From Podarcis melisellensis (Eukaryota): a stretch of DNA of 64,000 nt. The translations under genes were made by a program, and so were the position numbers. Numbering within the stretch: the stretch's first letter is position 1; each line of letters opens with the position of its first letter. The stretch is taken from NCBI GenBank assembly GCA_964234715.1, contig OZ174284.1. One strand, given 5' to 3'. The notes beneath the pieces were generated by a model that saw only the letters and a program-made list of their open reading frames with translations, did not search any database and had not been told where the DNA came from. This document shows, in pieces, positions 22,253 through 34,599 of the stretch.

Positions 22253-22354
22253 CTGCAAAGGAAAAGTAGTAAGATATAGGATTATACTTATATTTAAAAA
22301 TCCACAATATTCAGATTTTACTGTAATAAAAAAACAACACCAGAAATCATTTAC

Positions 22355-22500
22355 CTTCAGGAGGACTGAAAAAATTGAAGAAAGAATCGTTGGAAACTGT
22401 TTTTGTCACTGTTCTAACTGTTCCACGCCCCTTGTGCTTCTGTTTCTTTTTGATAGTTTTCAAAGTAACATTTTTTCCCTTTTTCCAATCTATTTGGCAC
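22355..22500 (-). CDS. NAP1L1: NAP1L1 exon 10: CQIDWKKGKNVTLKTIKKKQKHKGRGTVRTVTKTVSNDSFFNFFSPPE (NLS and SFFNFF motif)
   Basis: 146 nt, tag/gtaa flanks. Confidence 0.96.
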
Positions 22501-22737
22501 CTATGAGAAAATTAAATTAATAAATCAAGGGTATCCTTATATAAGTATTTCAGGTGGTTTAGAACACTGGCAGTTAAGTACTTGTGGGGCAGGAGTCCAA
22601 TTCAATCCTATGAATAACAACCAGTGTCAGGCCTGTTCTTATGCTATTTTTCCCAGAGCTGTCTAGTATGAGGAAGAAAGTAACACCTGAATTAAATGAA
22701 TCAATTACATTTTTCTTTCCCTCTTAACAGTATCAAT

Positions 22738-22792
22738 ATTTATTGAATTTATATACCACCCTATACCTGCAGGTCTCAGGGCGGTTCACAGG
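22738..22792 (-). mobile_element. LINE 3' tip
   Basis: Minus strand tgtgaaccgccctgagacc...gggtggtatataaatt-caataaa, same type as 2960-3043. Confidence 0.6.
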
Positions 22793-24353
22793 GGGAGGGG
22801 TCATAAAACCGCAAAATACGTGGTTTGAAAATGAGTTCTCTCATCATACAGTATTTCAACACATAACCCACCGGCAATACATCTAAGCTGAAAGGCTACA
22901 GGGTCTCTCTTGTTCCAGGACATTCAGTTCTCCAATAGGCTGTCCTGACCCCTTGCCCTTAAACCCCCTATTTGAATCTTCTCCATAAAGCCTCTCAAGT
23001 GTATTGTAGGCAGCACTGTAGTATCAAAGGTGTTACCATCACTTTGGAACTCTGCCACTATTTACTTCAAGTAATGCTGAACATGCTGGGGGTGGGGGGG
23101 AATTCTTCTGCCTATGCAGAGAAGGTCTGGATGTTTTTAAGTAACCATCTTTGAACATACAGATGTTTTTAAGTAACTTCCTTTGAACATGTTGCAATAC
23201 AAGTTAGTTTTGTCTTTAGGTTGGCATGTCAAAGCTGGCTGGATTAGTATCTAGGCACTCGTGATGATCGTCCACAGGCAGGATAACAAGCACCATTCAA
23301 CTACCAGAAACTAGGTTCATAACTCTGGTTCAAATACCAGGATCAGAAGAACCTGACTTCAAAGCAATGCACAAGGTCCTAAATCAAAAAGTGAGCAATC
23401 TCAAGCTAAACCCCAGCAACCTTTCCAGCATGCATATTACACAAGGAATTCAGCATATAGGCAAGGCATTAATGTTCCTAGAGGTTAGGAGAGATAAAAT
23501 TGCTAATTAAAATGTAATAGTGAATATTGCAATGCCTTAAATATGGGCTGGACTTTGGTCATGAGTAAGAGTCAGGAAATATCTATGAATTTAAATGGTT
23601 TGTAATTTTCTGCACTGCGATTGCTGGGTGTAGAGCATGCACATATAATTTATATCTATCTTATCTCTCTCTCTTTAGAGTAAGGGGTATATCACTCAGA
23701 AGTTAAAACATTTTGTGTCCATTGAAATATGATCTATTGTACTAAAGCAAATTTACATTGTGAAGTAAGCAGGCACACATTCATAAACACCCATACTGAC
23801 TTCAACAGAGGCCCTGGTTTGGGTGCCCCCACCTTCAGGGGCAAGTGAAAGTTCTTTTCATGTGATAGAATATTGCCTATTAAAACTCTTGTTTATTTGT
23901 CAGGCACCTACTTGCTAGGCTTTAGGTTGACAGCTAAAAAAACTCTTCTTTTACTTGAGAACTTAATAGCAGCTGCTATTAGTGGAATTTATGTTACTCT
24001 TTGTTTTTCTTTGCCTCACTTTTTTAATTTACTGGATTGTCATAGTTTACTTGTATATATTCTTACAATATATTACAGATTTTGTCCTCATTTGCAGACG
24101 TGCCGGTAAACCAAGCAGGTAAACTTTGGTTATAGCTCTTGGTTTGCCTGGAGAGAGCTAAACTATGAATGTGAATTTGAACAGGATGCTAAGCAAAACC
24201 ACAGCTTGGCTCAGCATAGTAGCAAAATGACTGGGCTGCTACCTCCTTTTGAGGAGCCTGCAAAGAGTTTGGCTTAGAATTACATGCAAACTAGGCCAGT
24301 CTCGTGTTATGGAAGACTTTCAACCACTTATTTTAAGAGAACATCACACTTAC

Positions 24354-24493
24354 CCTGTGCAACCCATAATTTCTGGTCCATCGAAGGAGAAAGGATCAGA
24401 ATCATCAGGTTCTGACCTCATTCTGTATGTTTTTGTCACCACGTCATTTGTGAAATATTCATTGGGTTCAAAGTGGAACTCTAATGTGAAAGT
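24354..24493 (-). CDS. NAP1L1: NAP1L1 exon 9: TFTLEFHFEPNEYFTNDVVTKTYRMRSEPDDSDPFSFDGPEIMGCTG
   Basis: 140 nt, aag/gtaagt flanks. Confidence 0.96.
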
Positions 24494-24710
24494 CTTTTTA
24501 AAAAATATAGAAAGACTGTGTTAGAAAGAAGTGAATGATGCATCATTAAGCACCGCAGGTCAGCTATCCAATATGTCAAAACAATGGAATTACTTTAGTA
24601 AAATGAAGCAGCAAACAGTGCTGCTTAAGTTCTATTTCTTGCTGAAATGGATACATTGGATAGAGCAGCCTTCTACACCTTCAATGTCCTCCAGATCTTT
24701 TGGACACATC

Positions 24711-24848
24711 AGCTGAATGGCTCAGTTGGTCAGAGTGTGGTGCTGATAATGCCAAGGTTGCAGGTTCAGTCCCCGTAAGGGACGGCTACATATTCCTGAA
24801 CTACAGGGGGCTGGACTAGAGAATTTTCAGGGTTCCTTCCAACTCTAA
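24711..24848 (+). mobile_element. tRNA(Ile)-head / CR1-tail SINE nested in a hAT-like MITE (24665-24930)
   Basis: gctcagttggtcagagtgtggtgctgataatgccaaggttgcaggttcagtccccgta head, then ggactaga...ttccaactcta. Confidence 0.8.
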
Positions 24849-25435
24849 CTTCCATCAGTCTCGGCCAGCAGGGAGTTGGCTGGGTTAGAGTCTAAAACAT
24901 CAGGAGGGTATCAAGTTGGGGAAAGCAGGTCTACCCAAGGTTTTGTTATACTTCAAAAGTATAACAAAACTGTTATACTTCAATTTTGCAAAACAAACAC
25001 GTAAATGTACATTTCATTTTCTGTATGGCATTCATTTGTGTTTCCCATTTTTTTCAGAGAACTTATACTGGTGGGATCCCATTTTCAGTAAAGCTCTCAT
25101 TTAGCAATACCCAACTGAAAACACAAATCTTTATAAAGTTCTTATGGAATCTTCACATATCCATATTCATAATGTATCATTTTCAAATGGAGCCAGTCCA
25201 CACATTCAGCTGCAAATCAGAGATAAGTCTTTACATGATTAAGTATCAAAATCCTACATATGTAACTCAACCCTTATTTTCAGCTAACAAGTCATGTGGA
25301 CCATAAAGTTTATGACTCCTACAAGCGTAGAATAGATTGCAAAATTTTCAAGTGTTGCAGTTGATTACTAACGGTACTGAACAGAAGCATAATTTATGTA
25401 TCTCAATATTCAATGCACTCTCATCAAGAACTTAC

Positions 25436-25507
25436 CATAGGCTGTCCAGCCTCTGAAAACTTCACTTTAATATCTTTCAAGTGTTTCAGAATTGGTTCAT
25501 CATGTTC
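25436..25507 (-). CDS. NAP1L1: NAP1L1 exon 8: EHDEPILKHLKDIKVKFSEAGQPM
   Basis: 72 nt, tag/gtaag flanks. Confidence 0.96.
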
Positions 25508-25919
25508 CTACAAAAAACATGACAATTATCATGTAGCTACAAGAAGAAAAAGCAGTGTAACATAGCAAAAGGAAGCAAATACAAATAATTTGGGGTGAGC
25601 ATTTGATTCATAAATCCATATTTCAATCAAAGCTAGTTCTCCAGGTAGTGGCAACCATCGAACAAGTACTCTCATAAAACACAAGCTTCTGAGAAATGAA
25701 AAAGCATACCACATGCCCAGGGCTGTATGTACTTTGCAATTTGATGCAAATGTGGAATGTGATATTGAGTGAGGTATCCAGCTTCTCAAGAATCAGAGTT
25801 TTTGTTGTATGACATGTTACTTTTAGCCCTTATGACAGCTTCTAATGTAGACTCATGTGAGAGCAATGACAGCTGAATAACATTCAACATAGGTGGTAGA
25901 AAGTTCAGAAACTTAAGAA

Positions 25920-26186
25920 GAATTCACTGCCACAGCATGTAACCAGGACCACTAATTTAAAAAGCTTTTAGATTAGCACTTGATGTCCATTAAATTAACT
26001 GGGTCATCCATGTTCTGAGGCAGTATGCCACCAAATATGAGATACCAGGGACCAATTTTAAATGGCTGCACCCTTCACCCCTAACTTATGGGTTTCCCAA
26101 AAGGCACTGCTGAAACACTTAGGAACAAAATATTGGACGAGATTCGACTGTAGATTGATCTAAGACAACTATGTTATGTTCTTATG
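25920..26186 (+). mobile_element. Old CR1-type 3' fragment
   Basis: aattcactgccaca...tccatgttctgaggcagtatgcc...ttatgttcttatg tail; a related remnant lies near 57060-57190. Confidence 0.5.
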
Positions 26187-26465
26187 GTGTAGAATTTTGA
26201 GTTCATAAAGACAAATTATCTATTCTTTCTGAATGTTTCTCAAAAAAATGGATTACTGGATTACTAGAAACTAAAGCTGAATTCCAGAAAAAAACCAGGC
26301 TCCTTAGAGTCTGGAACTAAATTCTACTCTAAGTGGACCCACTTAAATCAGTGAACCTGGGAAAGTCACGCCCATAATTTTCAATGGGTCTACTCTAAGC
26401 AGAAAGCAGTGGATGCAACCCTTAACTTATGAGCAAAATTGCAAGAAATTAAGTCATTCTTTTAC

Positions 26466-26594
26466 CTGAACCATATCACTGAGTAAGTCAACATTCTTGA
26501 ACACAGTCAGCCAAAATTCAGGAATTCCTTTAGGGTCATCTTTTTCTTCATCTTTTTTCTCTTCTTCAAGCTTGGCTTTCTCTTTCATTTCCTC
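26466..26594 (-). CDS. NAP1L1: NAP1L1 exon 7: EEMKEKAKLEEEKKDEEKDDPKGIPEFWLTVFKNVDLLSDMVQ
   Basis: 129 nt; GIPEFWLT NAP-domain motif; tandem AAG/GAG acceptor. Confidence 0.95.
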
Positions 26595-26935
26595 CTTGTT
26601 AAAATTAAGAAGTTACTCTTTCTAAAATTTGAGTGCTGCACACTAACCAAGAAATCTAGTGTTATACTAGTAACCACAACAAACAGGAAAAAAACCTTCA
26701 GTCAAATACTATCAGCTTAGTGGCTGTATACTCCAATATTTATGTAAGACAGGCCTCTTACTATTTAAAGCTACACAGAACCTCTCAAGGCACACATAGG
26801 ATATCAGAACATTTTAACTCTTTTTAATATGAGTTGTAAAATGTTTTATGCTGCATCTGTACAGGAAGAGTTTTGGCTGTCTTGTTTAAATTACTTTATA
26901 TATTGGTTCAGTATGCATATAATAGTAAGCCTAAT

Positions 26936-27242
26936 CATGGCTTAGTGTGAATGCGCTCTCCACTGGTCCTTCTACTACTGTACTGGTGTGAGGTAAACCA
27001 TGGTACAATGTGCTGTCTGAACCGAGGCTCTTTGTTTGTCTCATCCCAGACAAACCATGAGTTATAAACCCCCAAACAAAATTTGGTTACAAGCATATGG
27101 TTTCTCTGGAGGAGGCAAACCATGAATCCTGGTTCACATAGCACATTAAGTGTTTCAGACCTCTTGGCAGCAGGAGGACCAGGGAAGAGTGCAGCAGCTG
27201 CAATCTGCTCTTTGGAAATCCACATGTTTGCACTAAGCCATG
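26936..27242. mobile_element. MITE-like element with internal aaaccatg repeats
   Basis: Perfect 12-bp inverted repeat CATGGCTTAGTG / CACTAAGCCATG; similar decayed copies near 8570-8790 and 24100-24290. Confidence 0.55.
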
Positions 27243-27516
27243 TCTTATCTTGGAGCCACATGAGAACGGGGTCACTGTGTTTAATTGTTGTAAGACACAC
27301 AGGAAATGTTTATTGGTGGGCTGCTATATCAATCCAATACAAAACAACATCAACCCAATCAAAATGTTTACTAACCATCAAGCGGGCAAACAATTTTCAG
27401 AGTTATAAATTGAATGATTTGTCTGCATTTACTACTAGAATAAGTCTACAGTACTTCAAACTTGTAAAGCACGAATACACAATTAATCCCACCCACAATC
27501 ATATTTAAGTACTCAC

Positions 27517-27597
27517 TGAAATTTCTTCTTCAACATCTGTTTTCCATTCACATTCTTCTTCAGTAGGTTCATAAACTGCATTGATGATTTCACTCCT
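27517..27597 (-). CDS. NAP1L1: NAP1L1 exon 6: RSEIINAVYEPTEEECEWKTDVEEEIS
   Basis: 81 nt, cag/gtgagt flanks. Confidence 0.96.
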
Positions 27598-27791
27598 CTG
27601 GAAGAGTAAAGTGCTTGTTTATTCAGGTTACCAGAATTTAGTTTGATCCAATACCCAACAAAAGCAGCAAACAAGTATTATTATTTTTTGCAAATAAAAG
27701 GTTACAGAATTACTGAACCAGTGGGAATTTGGTCCCATTTGACTCTGCAGAATTAAACTCTCATCCCTAGAGGTAAAAGTATAAAGATTAC

Positions 27792-27933
27792 CTTGTCAAA
27801 CAAGGGCTGATAAAGAGCAGCATATTTCCTTTCCAATTCATGAACTTCTTCATAGAACTTTGCTTCTATCTGTGCACATTTAACTTGAAGATTCTTGAGT
27901 GCATTTACACGTCTCTTAACTACTTTAGGCAAG
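27792..27933 (-). CDS. NAP1L1: NAP1L1 exon 5: LPKVVKRRVNALKNLQVKCAQIEAKFYEEVHELERKYAALYQPLFDK
   Basis: 142 nt, ag/gt flanks, in phase. Confidence 0.96.
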
Positions 27934-30900
27934 CTGAGGGAGGAAAATAATACTGCATTGTTACATCAATGACAATCATGTGGATTCATTCTCCTAATAA
28001 AGTTTCCTTTAAAAGGTTGGATTATGCTGTTAACTTTTATTTCCAAGAGCAACAGCAGAGCAAAATTGTGATATTAACACAAGAGTGATTTTTATTTTTG
28101 AAGGTTTTATGGATATTAACATATACAATATCAATTCTGAATCACCTACATGCAGAACAAGATAAACCCCATAATCGCCCCTCCCTTAAGTGTTTTAGAC
28201 CATATTTCTTTGTGGAAAATATTGTTCAATTTGAACACAATTCTTAATATCAATTATCAACTGAAATTTCAGAATTCAAGGTGTATATATGTTTTAGAAA
28301 CTAACTTTTTAAATAACTTAATTTAGCACCTGAAAAGACAGATTAAACAACTATCTGTGACTTCTTTGCAAGTAGTATATTAGGTGCACTCCATGCAGTT
28401 CAAAAGTTAAAGTGACATGACACTAACAACTGAAAAGTTGAGTAAACACATTAAAAATGCTGCTCAGGTCAGCTGATTTTAGGATAAAGGATTCGGCCGA
28501 GTGCTGAACATTGAGAGAATTTTGGAATTCTCTGGATTCTAAGAACCCATTGTTTTCTTTAATAATTAAGCACATACTGAAGTAAAAGTGTATTATTCTT
28601 GCAACAACTAGGCACAGACAACGAAGATTGATTGATACAGTATTCTGCTACAAAGATTGATACAGTATTCTGAGCTGGTAATTTTAATTCTTGACAAGGT
28701 TAGCAATTTAACAGGGTCAATCCCAGATACTGACGTATCCTGGATGGAGTCCAGCCTGGGCCACCTTTACCCGATTCATCATGCCCCCTAGCCTTACACT
28801 GATTAAGCAATTTCAGGTATGCTCTGCACATGTCAACTTTCCAAAGATCACCAGTCAAGACTTAAGCATGCCTCTGGCACCTCGTCATATACAAGCAGAA
28901 GACACGGGAGAAGTACAGCATGGTAAGTTCCTTAACTTCCCCAATACTGCTGTCTCACCAAGCGTGTCCAATAGCCAATTGCTTAAACCCTGCAGCACCA
29001 ATGCTTAGGACAAAACTTGTCATTTCTTGAATAGATGAGACTTGTTTAAAAAGAACATCTATACGTACATGCACACACACACATATGCAACAATAGTGAT
29101 AGAAGTTCCTGCACTGATATTTCACTCAAAATATTAACATTATACACCTACTTTTTTCTCCCCCCCCCCCCTTTTCATATTTTAAGTTAGTCTTGGGTGG
29201 ACTTAAGGACAGTTAGTAAGCAGAAGCTCAAAATTCAAAGCTCTATCTAGTATTTATTTATATAGTGTTTACTGTAGTCAGAGTTAGATAAAAACAATGT
29301 GTTACATGGTCCCCAGGATTGATACACCAGCACACAACTGCTTTACATTACAAGCTATGTCAGTATTAGGTATGCTTTGTAATAAATAGCATGGTGACAC
29401 CTTTCATGTAGAATTTGCAAGCAAAACCTAATAAAGCTGCAAGTCAGTAAAATTCAGGGTTAATTTTATATTGTTGTATCTGTTCACACCAAGTTGAAAA
29501 ATAGTGTGAAAGTTGCATATTTCAATATTGAGGCCAAAACTACAACCTCTTACAGAAACCCATTCAGATAACTTCATTTCAGTAATGAATGTGAGTGGAC
29601 ATGTGCCTTCTTTCAGATTCAGGACACTACCCACCTTCCTGGATCCCCAACACCAGACATTCAGGAGAGGGCTTCAGTTCTTACTGAGACAAGGTGGTCA
29701 ATGGGTGGATAATTTTAGATGGGCAATTATTTGGCTCAGAAGTCTATGAAATTGAAATTCTAGTAATTATTTCTAAATTTGATCACCATATATAACTTAG
29801 CGTTTGAATATTATCTTTGCTTTCAGTTATTTATATCCTATTTTTGGTAATGAGAAAATGTTCTGAAACACGACCAAAACCAGAAAAGAAAAAAAGATTG
29901 CAACACATTACTAAAGCAATTTTACAAGCTGCAGAAGCGAGACCCAGGTTTACTCTGAAGGCTATTTAACAAAGGGGTAAGCAATAGTCTTCCAGAAACC
30001 TTGGGGGTGGGGGGAGAGCCCCAAGTGAATGCTTCTTAAGTACAGCAACACTCCAAAAAATACCACTGCAATCAATGGGACACTCTACTGTGTCTTTTTT
30101 CAAAATTGGGTAACTTTGCTGCCTACTCTGTTTGGGCTAATATGGCCTATACTGGTCAATCACAAAAACAGGGGGAATTAGTAAACACACACAAAAAGGG
30201 GGGAAAATACAACAATTCTGCTTTACATAACAAGAAATCAGGTTCTTAATAACCGCTCCATATTAAATCATACAAAAATAGGACTGTATTGATGGGTATT
30301 TTTTATCTAAATGTGTATGCGATACTCTTTTTCCAGAAATCCAATACCAATCATTTTTGCTTCTGAGGAACTGTGGAGTAATTAAACTACTGAAGAGCCT
30401 TTTTTACAACAGGGATTCCAAAGCAGCAACTCACAGCTGGTCATAGGACGGGTTTAGGGAGGGGGAGCACCCAGATTTTGCTGGACTTTAACTTTCACCA
30501 GACATGATTTGCAGCCAAACAACACCTGGAGGTCACAATATTTGTTACCTTTAGTTTATGGTCAAGAGAAAAACATTTAAATATTTGTAAAGAGTATTAA
30601 AAGCAGAAGCTGTGTTTCCCCACAATTTTTTAATGAGATACCTGTTTTTGTTTGGCTTCAGTAAAATTTCTTTATGTTGGGTTGAAAAAACAGAGACCAA
30701 CAAATAATGACAGAGAACTTCTTGCTCCTTTACATTTTTGCACACCCACCAAGAGCTCCTATTTGCATGAGTAAACTGTTACAAATCAAAGGTAAGTGGC
30801 ATTTGTCCTCTGCAGACTCTTTACAGACAGGTTTGCAGTGGGGGGAAATGTCCTGTCTCCAGACATGGTTTGAATCCAAACACTGCCTGTAAATGGACCG

Positions 30901-32932
30901 AATGGGGTTCACTGTCAGTGCCAATAAGCTAATCAACGCTGATAGTGAGCTCATTTTATGCTGTCACCTGATGGCTTAATGCCAACAGGTGATTGACAGG
31001 TGTGTGCCTCAATAACTGAGTAGCAGTTGGGCCAGCCTAAGGGTAGTTAACACTGTGCCCTCAGATGCTTGGACTACAGCTATCACCAGTCCTAGCCAGT
31101 ATGGTAAATGGTCAGGGATTATGGGGCACCAGCCAGTTATATCAGCTGGCCAAGGGACAGTAGCTGTCTACTTACAAACAGGAAATGATATAGCTGAGCA
31201 GTATTTCTTTAGCTTGATATGGGAGACTATATTTCAGTGTACTAGATCAAGTTAAAAATTGACAAAGGAGTAAAACTTACAGTAATAAATAAGGGCTCCC
31301 AATTCTCAATCTGTCAGTTTGTGTAACAGAGAGTAGCTTCTCTTGAATCAATTTAGGCAAGGAATACATTGCATATTCTATAGATAAGTAGTCCAAACCT
31401 GCCCTTCTAGTTCATATTCAGAGGCGATATCAAGTATGAAATGCAAAAGACATCTACAAAACATTTTAAGATCAAGCAAACGTGCAAGTATTAGACAAAG
31501 CTCAAACACAGTACTCCTGTTAATTTATTTTGCTTCAAATGCTTTAGTTGACATGCTATATAAGCTTTAGGGATGAGCTACTGTACTTGAAGTGATGAAG
31601 AGCTGGCTTTTTGAAAACTCTCAAAAAGGTATAGTATCTCAGTGAAAGCACAGCATGAAACTCAGTAAGAACTTGCTGATCTTGGATCAAGGACCTTGCA
31701 GGTTACTTAAACATGCTACGAGAGAAAAGAAAGCAAGTTCATAGCAGATGTGAGATCAATTGTGGCCAGCGATTAGATGGTGTGGGGACTTTTTCATTCA
31801 GAGCAGCAGCTCTAGGGTGCTTGACCTTTTCCTTGCTTGCCATTTCTGCTCCAAACTGATTGCCCAGTTGTTTCCTTCCTACAGAATTCCACTTCTACGC
31901 TTGAATAGAAATAAAATGCTTATGTGGCACCTCAGGATGGGACACCTAAGAGGCTTTTTGGAACAGAAAAAGCCTGGAGGTAACAAACCAAACATGCCTC
32001 ATTCTGTGGTCAAAATTGCAGCTTCCCATTAATTTTTTATTCAGATAAACAGTTATCAGGGAACCATTATAGACATTTGCATGTAAAAAGGAAAAGGAAA
32101 AGAAAGGGGGGGGGAATGCAGGTGCTTCTTGGGGACAACACTTGTACAGATGTCTTCACAAAAAGTGAGAAACTTACTTTATTGAAGCTCTATTCAAATG
32201 CATACCTGCTTTTTCCTTTTTTAAAAGTAATTCTCACATTTTGGATTTATCTAAAGGACATATCATTTGAAACTTGTTTCCTTCTTCCAACCTAAAAGCA
32301 GTATATTCTACCCAGCATCCATCAGTTCAATCTTGCAGATGGTCTGAAGGTAGTTGTACTACATTAATACTTTTCTGAAGTAGCCCACAAAATGCTAGTG
32401 ATGGAGATCACTGCCCACTCAGCTGTGAGGCTTGTTACTACTTGTACTACCTACCTACCAAAAACTTGTGGCTCTCCATTGTGTGGAAAGCAGTGGACTT
32501 GGGGCCTATTACACTGGCACAACATTCACTTTTATACCTGAAGCCTGAAATAGTACATGAGTTGCGAATTTTCAGCAGTATGGTCAATCGGTTTCAATCT
32601 TTCATCCCCACTCTTATGAAATGCATACCAAGAAAATTTTATCATTTTATTACATTTTATTACACTGACAAGGAGTCAGTGTAACCTGAGATAAATCAGA
32701 AGTTACTCAAGAGGGGCAGAATGTGCAATATGGAGAGCACACATATGCTCTGCAAATTTCAAAGGAAACAAACTCTGTATATGTCTCAAAAATGAAATAC
32801 CTGTATAGACTGCTCAAACATACAACACCCACAAAACAGATATGTTTTGTGCATACCACATTCTGATCTTCAATACTAAAAGTGCAATTGTTTCCATGGC
32901 CAACTGAGTTCAGTTAGACTTATTCTCAAGCA

Positions 32933-32958
32933 GTGTGTGTGTGTGTGCGTGTGTGTGT
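32933..32958. repeat. (GT)n microsatellite
   Basis: Directly visible. Confidence 0.9.
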
Positions 32959-33006
32959 AACTGCAGCCTTAATTACTTAAGTTTTCTGAAGCAGCAGTCA
33001 CTATTA

Positions 33007-33561
33007 TCTCCCGCTTGGACTACTGCAATGCGCTCTACGTGGGGCTACCTTTGAAGGTGACCCGGAAACTACAACTAATCCAGAATGCGGCAGCTAGACT
33101 GGTGACTGGGAGCGGCCGCCGAGACCATATAACACCGGTCTTGAAAGACCTACATTGGCTCCCAGTACGTTTCCGAGCACAATTCAAAGTGTTGGTGCTG
33201 ACCTTTAAAGCCCTAAATGGCCTCGGTCCAGTATATCTGAAGGAGCGTCTCCTCCCCCATCGTTCTGCCCGGACACTGAGGTCCAGCTCCGAGGGCCTTC
33301 TGGCGGTTCCCTCCCTGCGAGAGGCCAAGTTGCAGGGAACCAGGCAGAGGGCCTTCTCGGTGGTGGCGCCCGCCCTGTGGAATGCCCTCCCACCGGATGT
33401 CAAGGCGATGGACAACTACCTGACATTCAGAAGACATCTGAAGGCAGCCCTGTTCAGGGAAGTTTTTAATATGTGACATTTTAGTGTATTTTTCATTTCT
33501 GTTGGAAGCCGCCCAGAGTGGCTGGGGAAACCCAGCCAGATGGGCGGGGTACAAATAATAA

Positions 33562-33595
<34 letters not shown>
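33007..33595 (+). mobile_element. Young L2 LINE 3' fragment (end of ORF2, 3' UTR and (ATT)n tail), antisense in NAP1L1 intron 4
   Basis: ORF LDYCNALYVGLP...LQLIQNAAARL...HITPVLKDLHWLPV...RAFSVVAPALWNALP...FRRHLK is the L2 ORF2 C-terminus; frame open and CpGs intact. Confidence 0.93.
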
Positions 33596-33596
<1 letters not shown>

Positions 33597-33787
33597 TCTC
33601 TCAAGCAGATTGTTATGTCCTGATTTTAGACTACCTTCCAACATCACTATTTCTAACTTGTAGGTCATACTTCCGTACTTAATATTGCAGAACAATGACC
33701 ATTTAACATAATGCAAACAATTTTATCTATTAAAGAGGTAAGAACAAACAAAGAGGAATTAATATATGTAACTGCAGAACACTCTAC

Positions 33788-33890
33788 CTCTCTATATATC
33801 CTGTAGGTGTTCCAACCAGACCGTCAAGTCTTTCCTGAAGGGCTGCAAGAATTTGAGGATTCTGCATCATTTGTACAGTCAGCTGGCGTG
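33788..33890 (-). CDS. NAP1L1: NAP1L1 exon 4: ARQLTVQMMQNPQILAALQERLDGLVGTPTGYIES
   Basis: 103 nt, ag/gt flanks, in phase. Confidence 0.96.
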
Positions 33891-34510
33891 CTTAACAAAA
33901 CAAAAGAAGTTTTAAAAAACACTATTATACTCCCCCATTATGAAATTTTAGCCCATTGCTTGCAATTCAGATTTTACCAAATGATATAACGTAAAATGTC
34001 AAGATTTTGCATTTCTTATTGTCTAGAAGTCAAGCGTCAAAAGAAACCTGCCTGAACAGATCTAATATAATAGCAGAAGGATAACTATTTTTAAATGTCT
34101 ACCTCCCATGTTAAGTAACCAAGAGGTAGCACATATATTTAGGATACATAAGGTCTAACACACACCTCAAGAGTCGCAAAATTAAATGCTAAATATCTAT
34201 GTTTATAAAGACACCAATCCTATACACACTACCTTGGGCAGCAATACTTGCCTCCAAGTTAGCATGCACAGGAAAAGCTAGATTATGAGATGGGAAACAA
34301 AAAATCACACTAGCTTTTAATACAAGGACAATTTTGCCTAAAGCATTTAAGGTAAGCATTGCACTAAACAATCAATTTGTTTTTCCTCTGAATGGCAAGA
34401 TCTGCTGAAGGTGAATATTTAACCAGCAGGTATCAGACTGAGCCAAGAAAAGCACTTCTTCCATTATGCCTACAGAAGAATACCTTTGCCTGGGCTCATT
34501 TTCCCCTTAC

Positions 34511-34599
34511 CTTTACTGTTAGCATCCTCTCCAGTTTCTTCCTCTTCTACCTCTTCAACATCTTCCATATCTTGCTGGTCCAGCTCAGCCTGTTCTTTG
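34511..34599 (-). CDS. NAP1L1: NAP1L1 exon 3: KEQAELDQQDMEDVEEVEEEETGEDANSK
   Basis: 89 nt, ag/gt flanks, phase 2 to 1. Confidence 0.95.

Noticed and set aside
22776-22847. Box C/D snoRNA (ATGATGA...CTGA on the minus strand) in a TOP-gene intron
   Set aside because: No terminal stem, and the D box lies within a LINE tail. No convincing snoRNA was seen in other introns either.
24711-24785. tRNA-Ile(GAT) gene
   Set aside because: Degenerate T-loop and acceptor stem, and fused to a CR1 tail, so it is a SINE head.
33015-33476. 153-aa ORF as a host gene
   Set aside because: It is the C-terminal remnant of L2 ORF2 in a 5'-truncated insertion.
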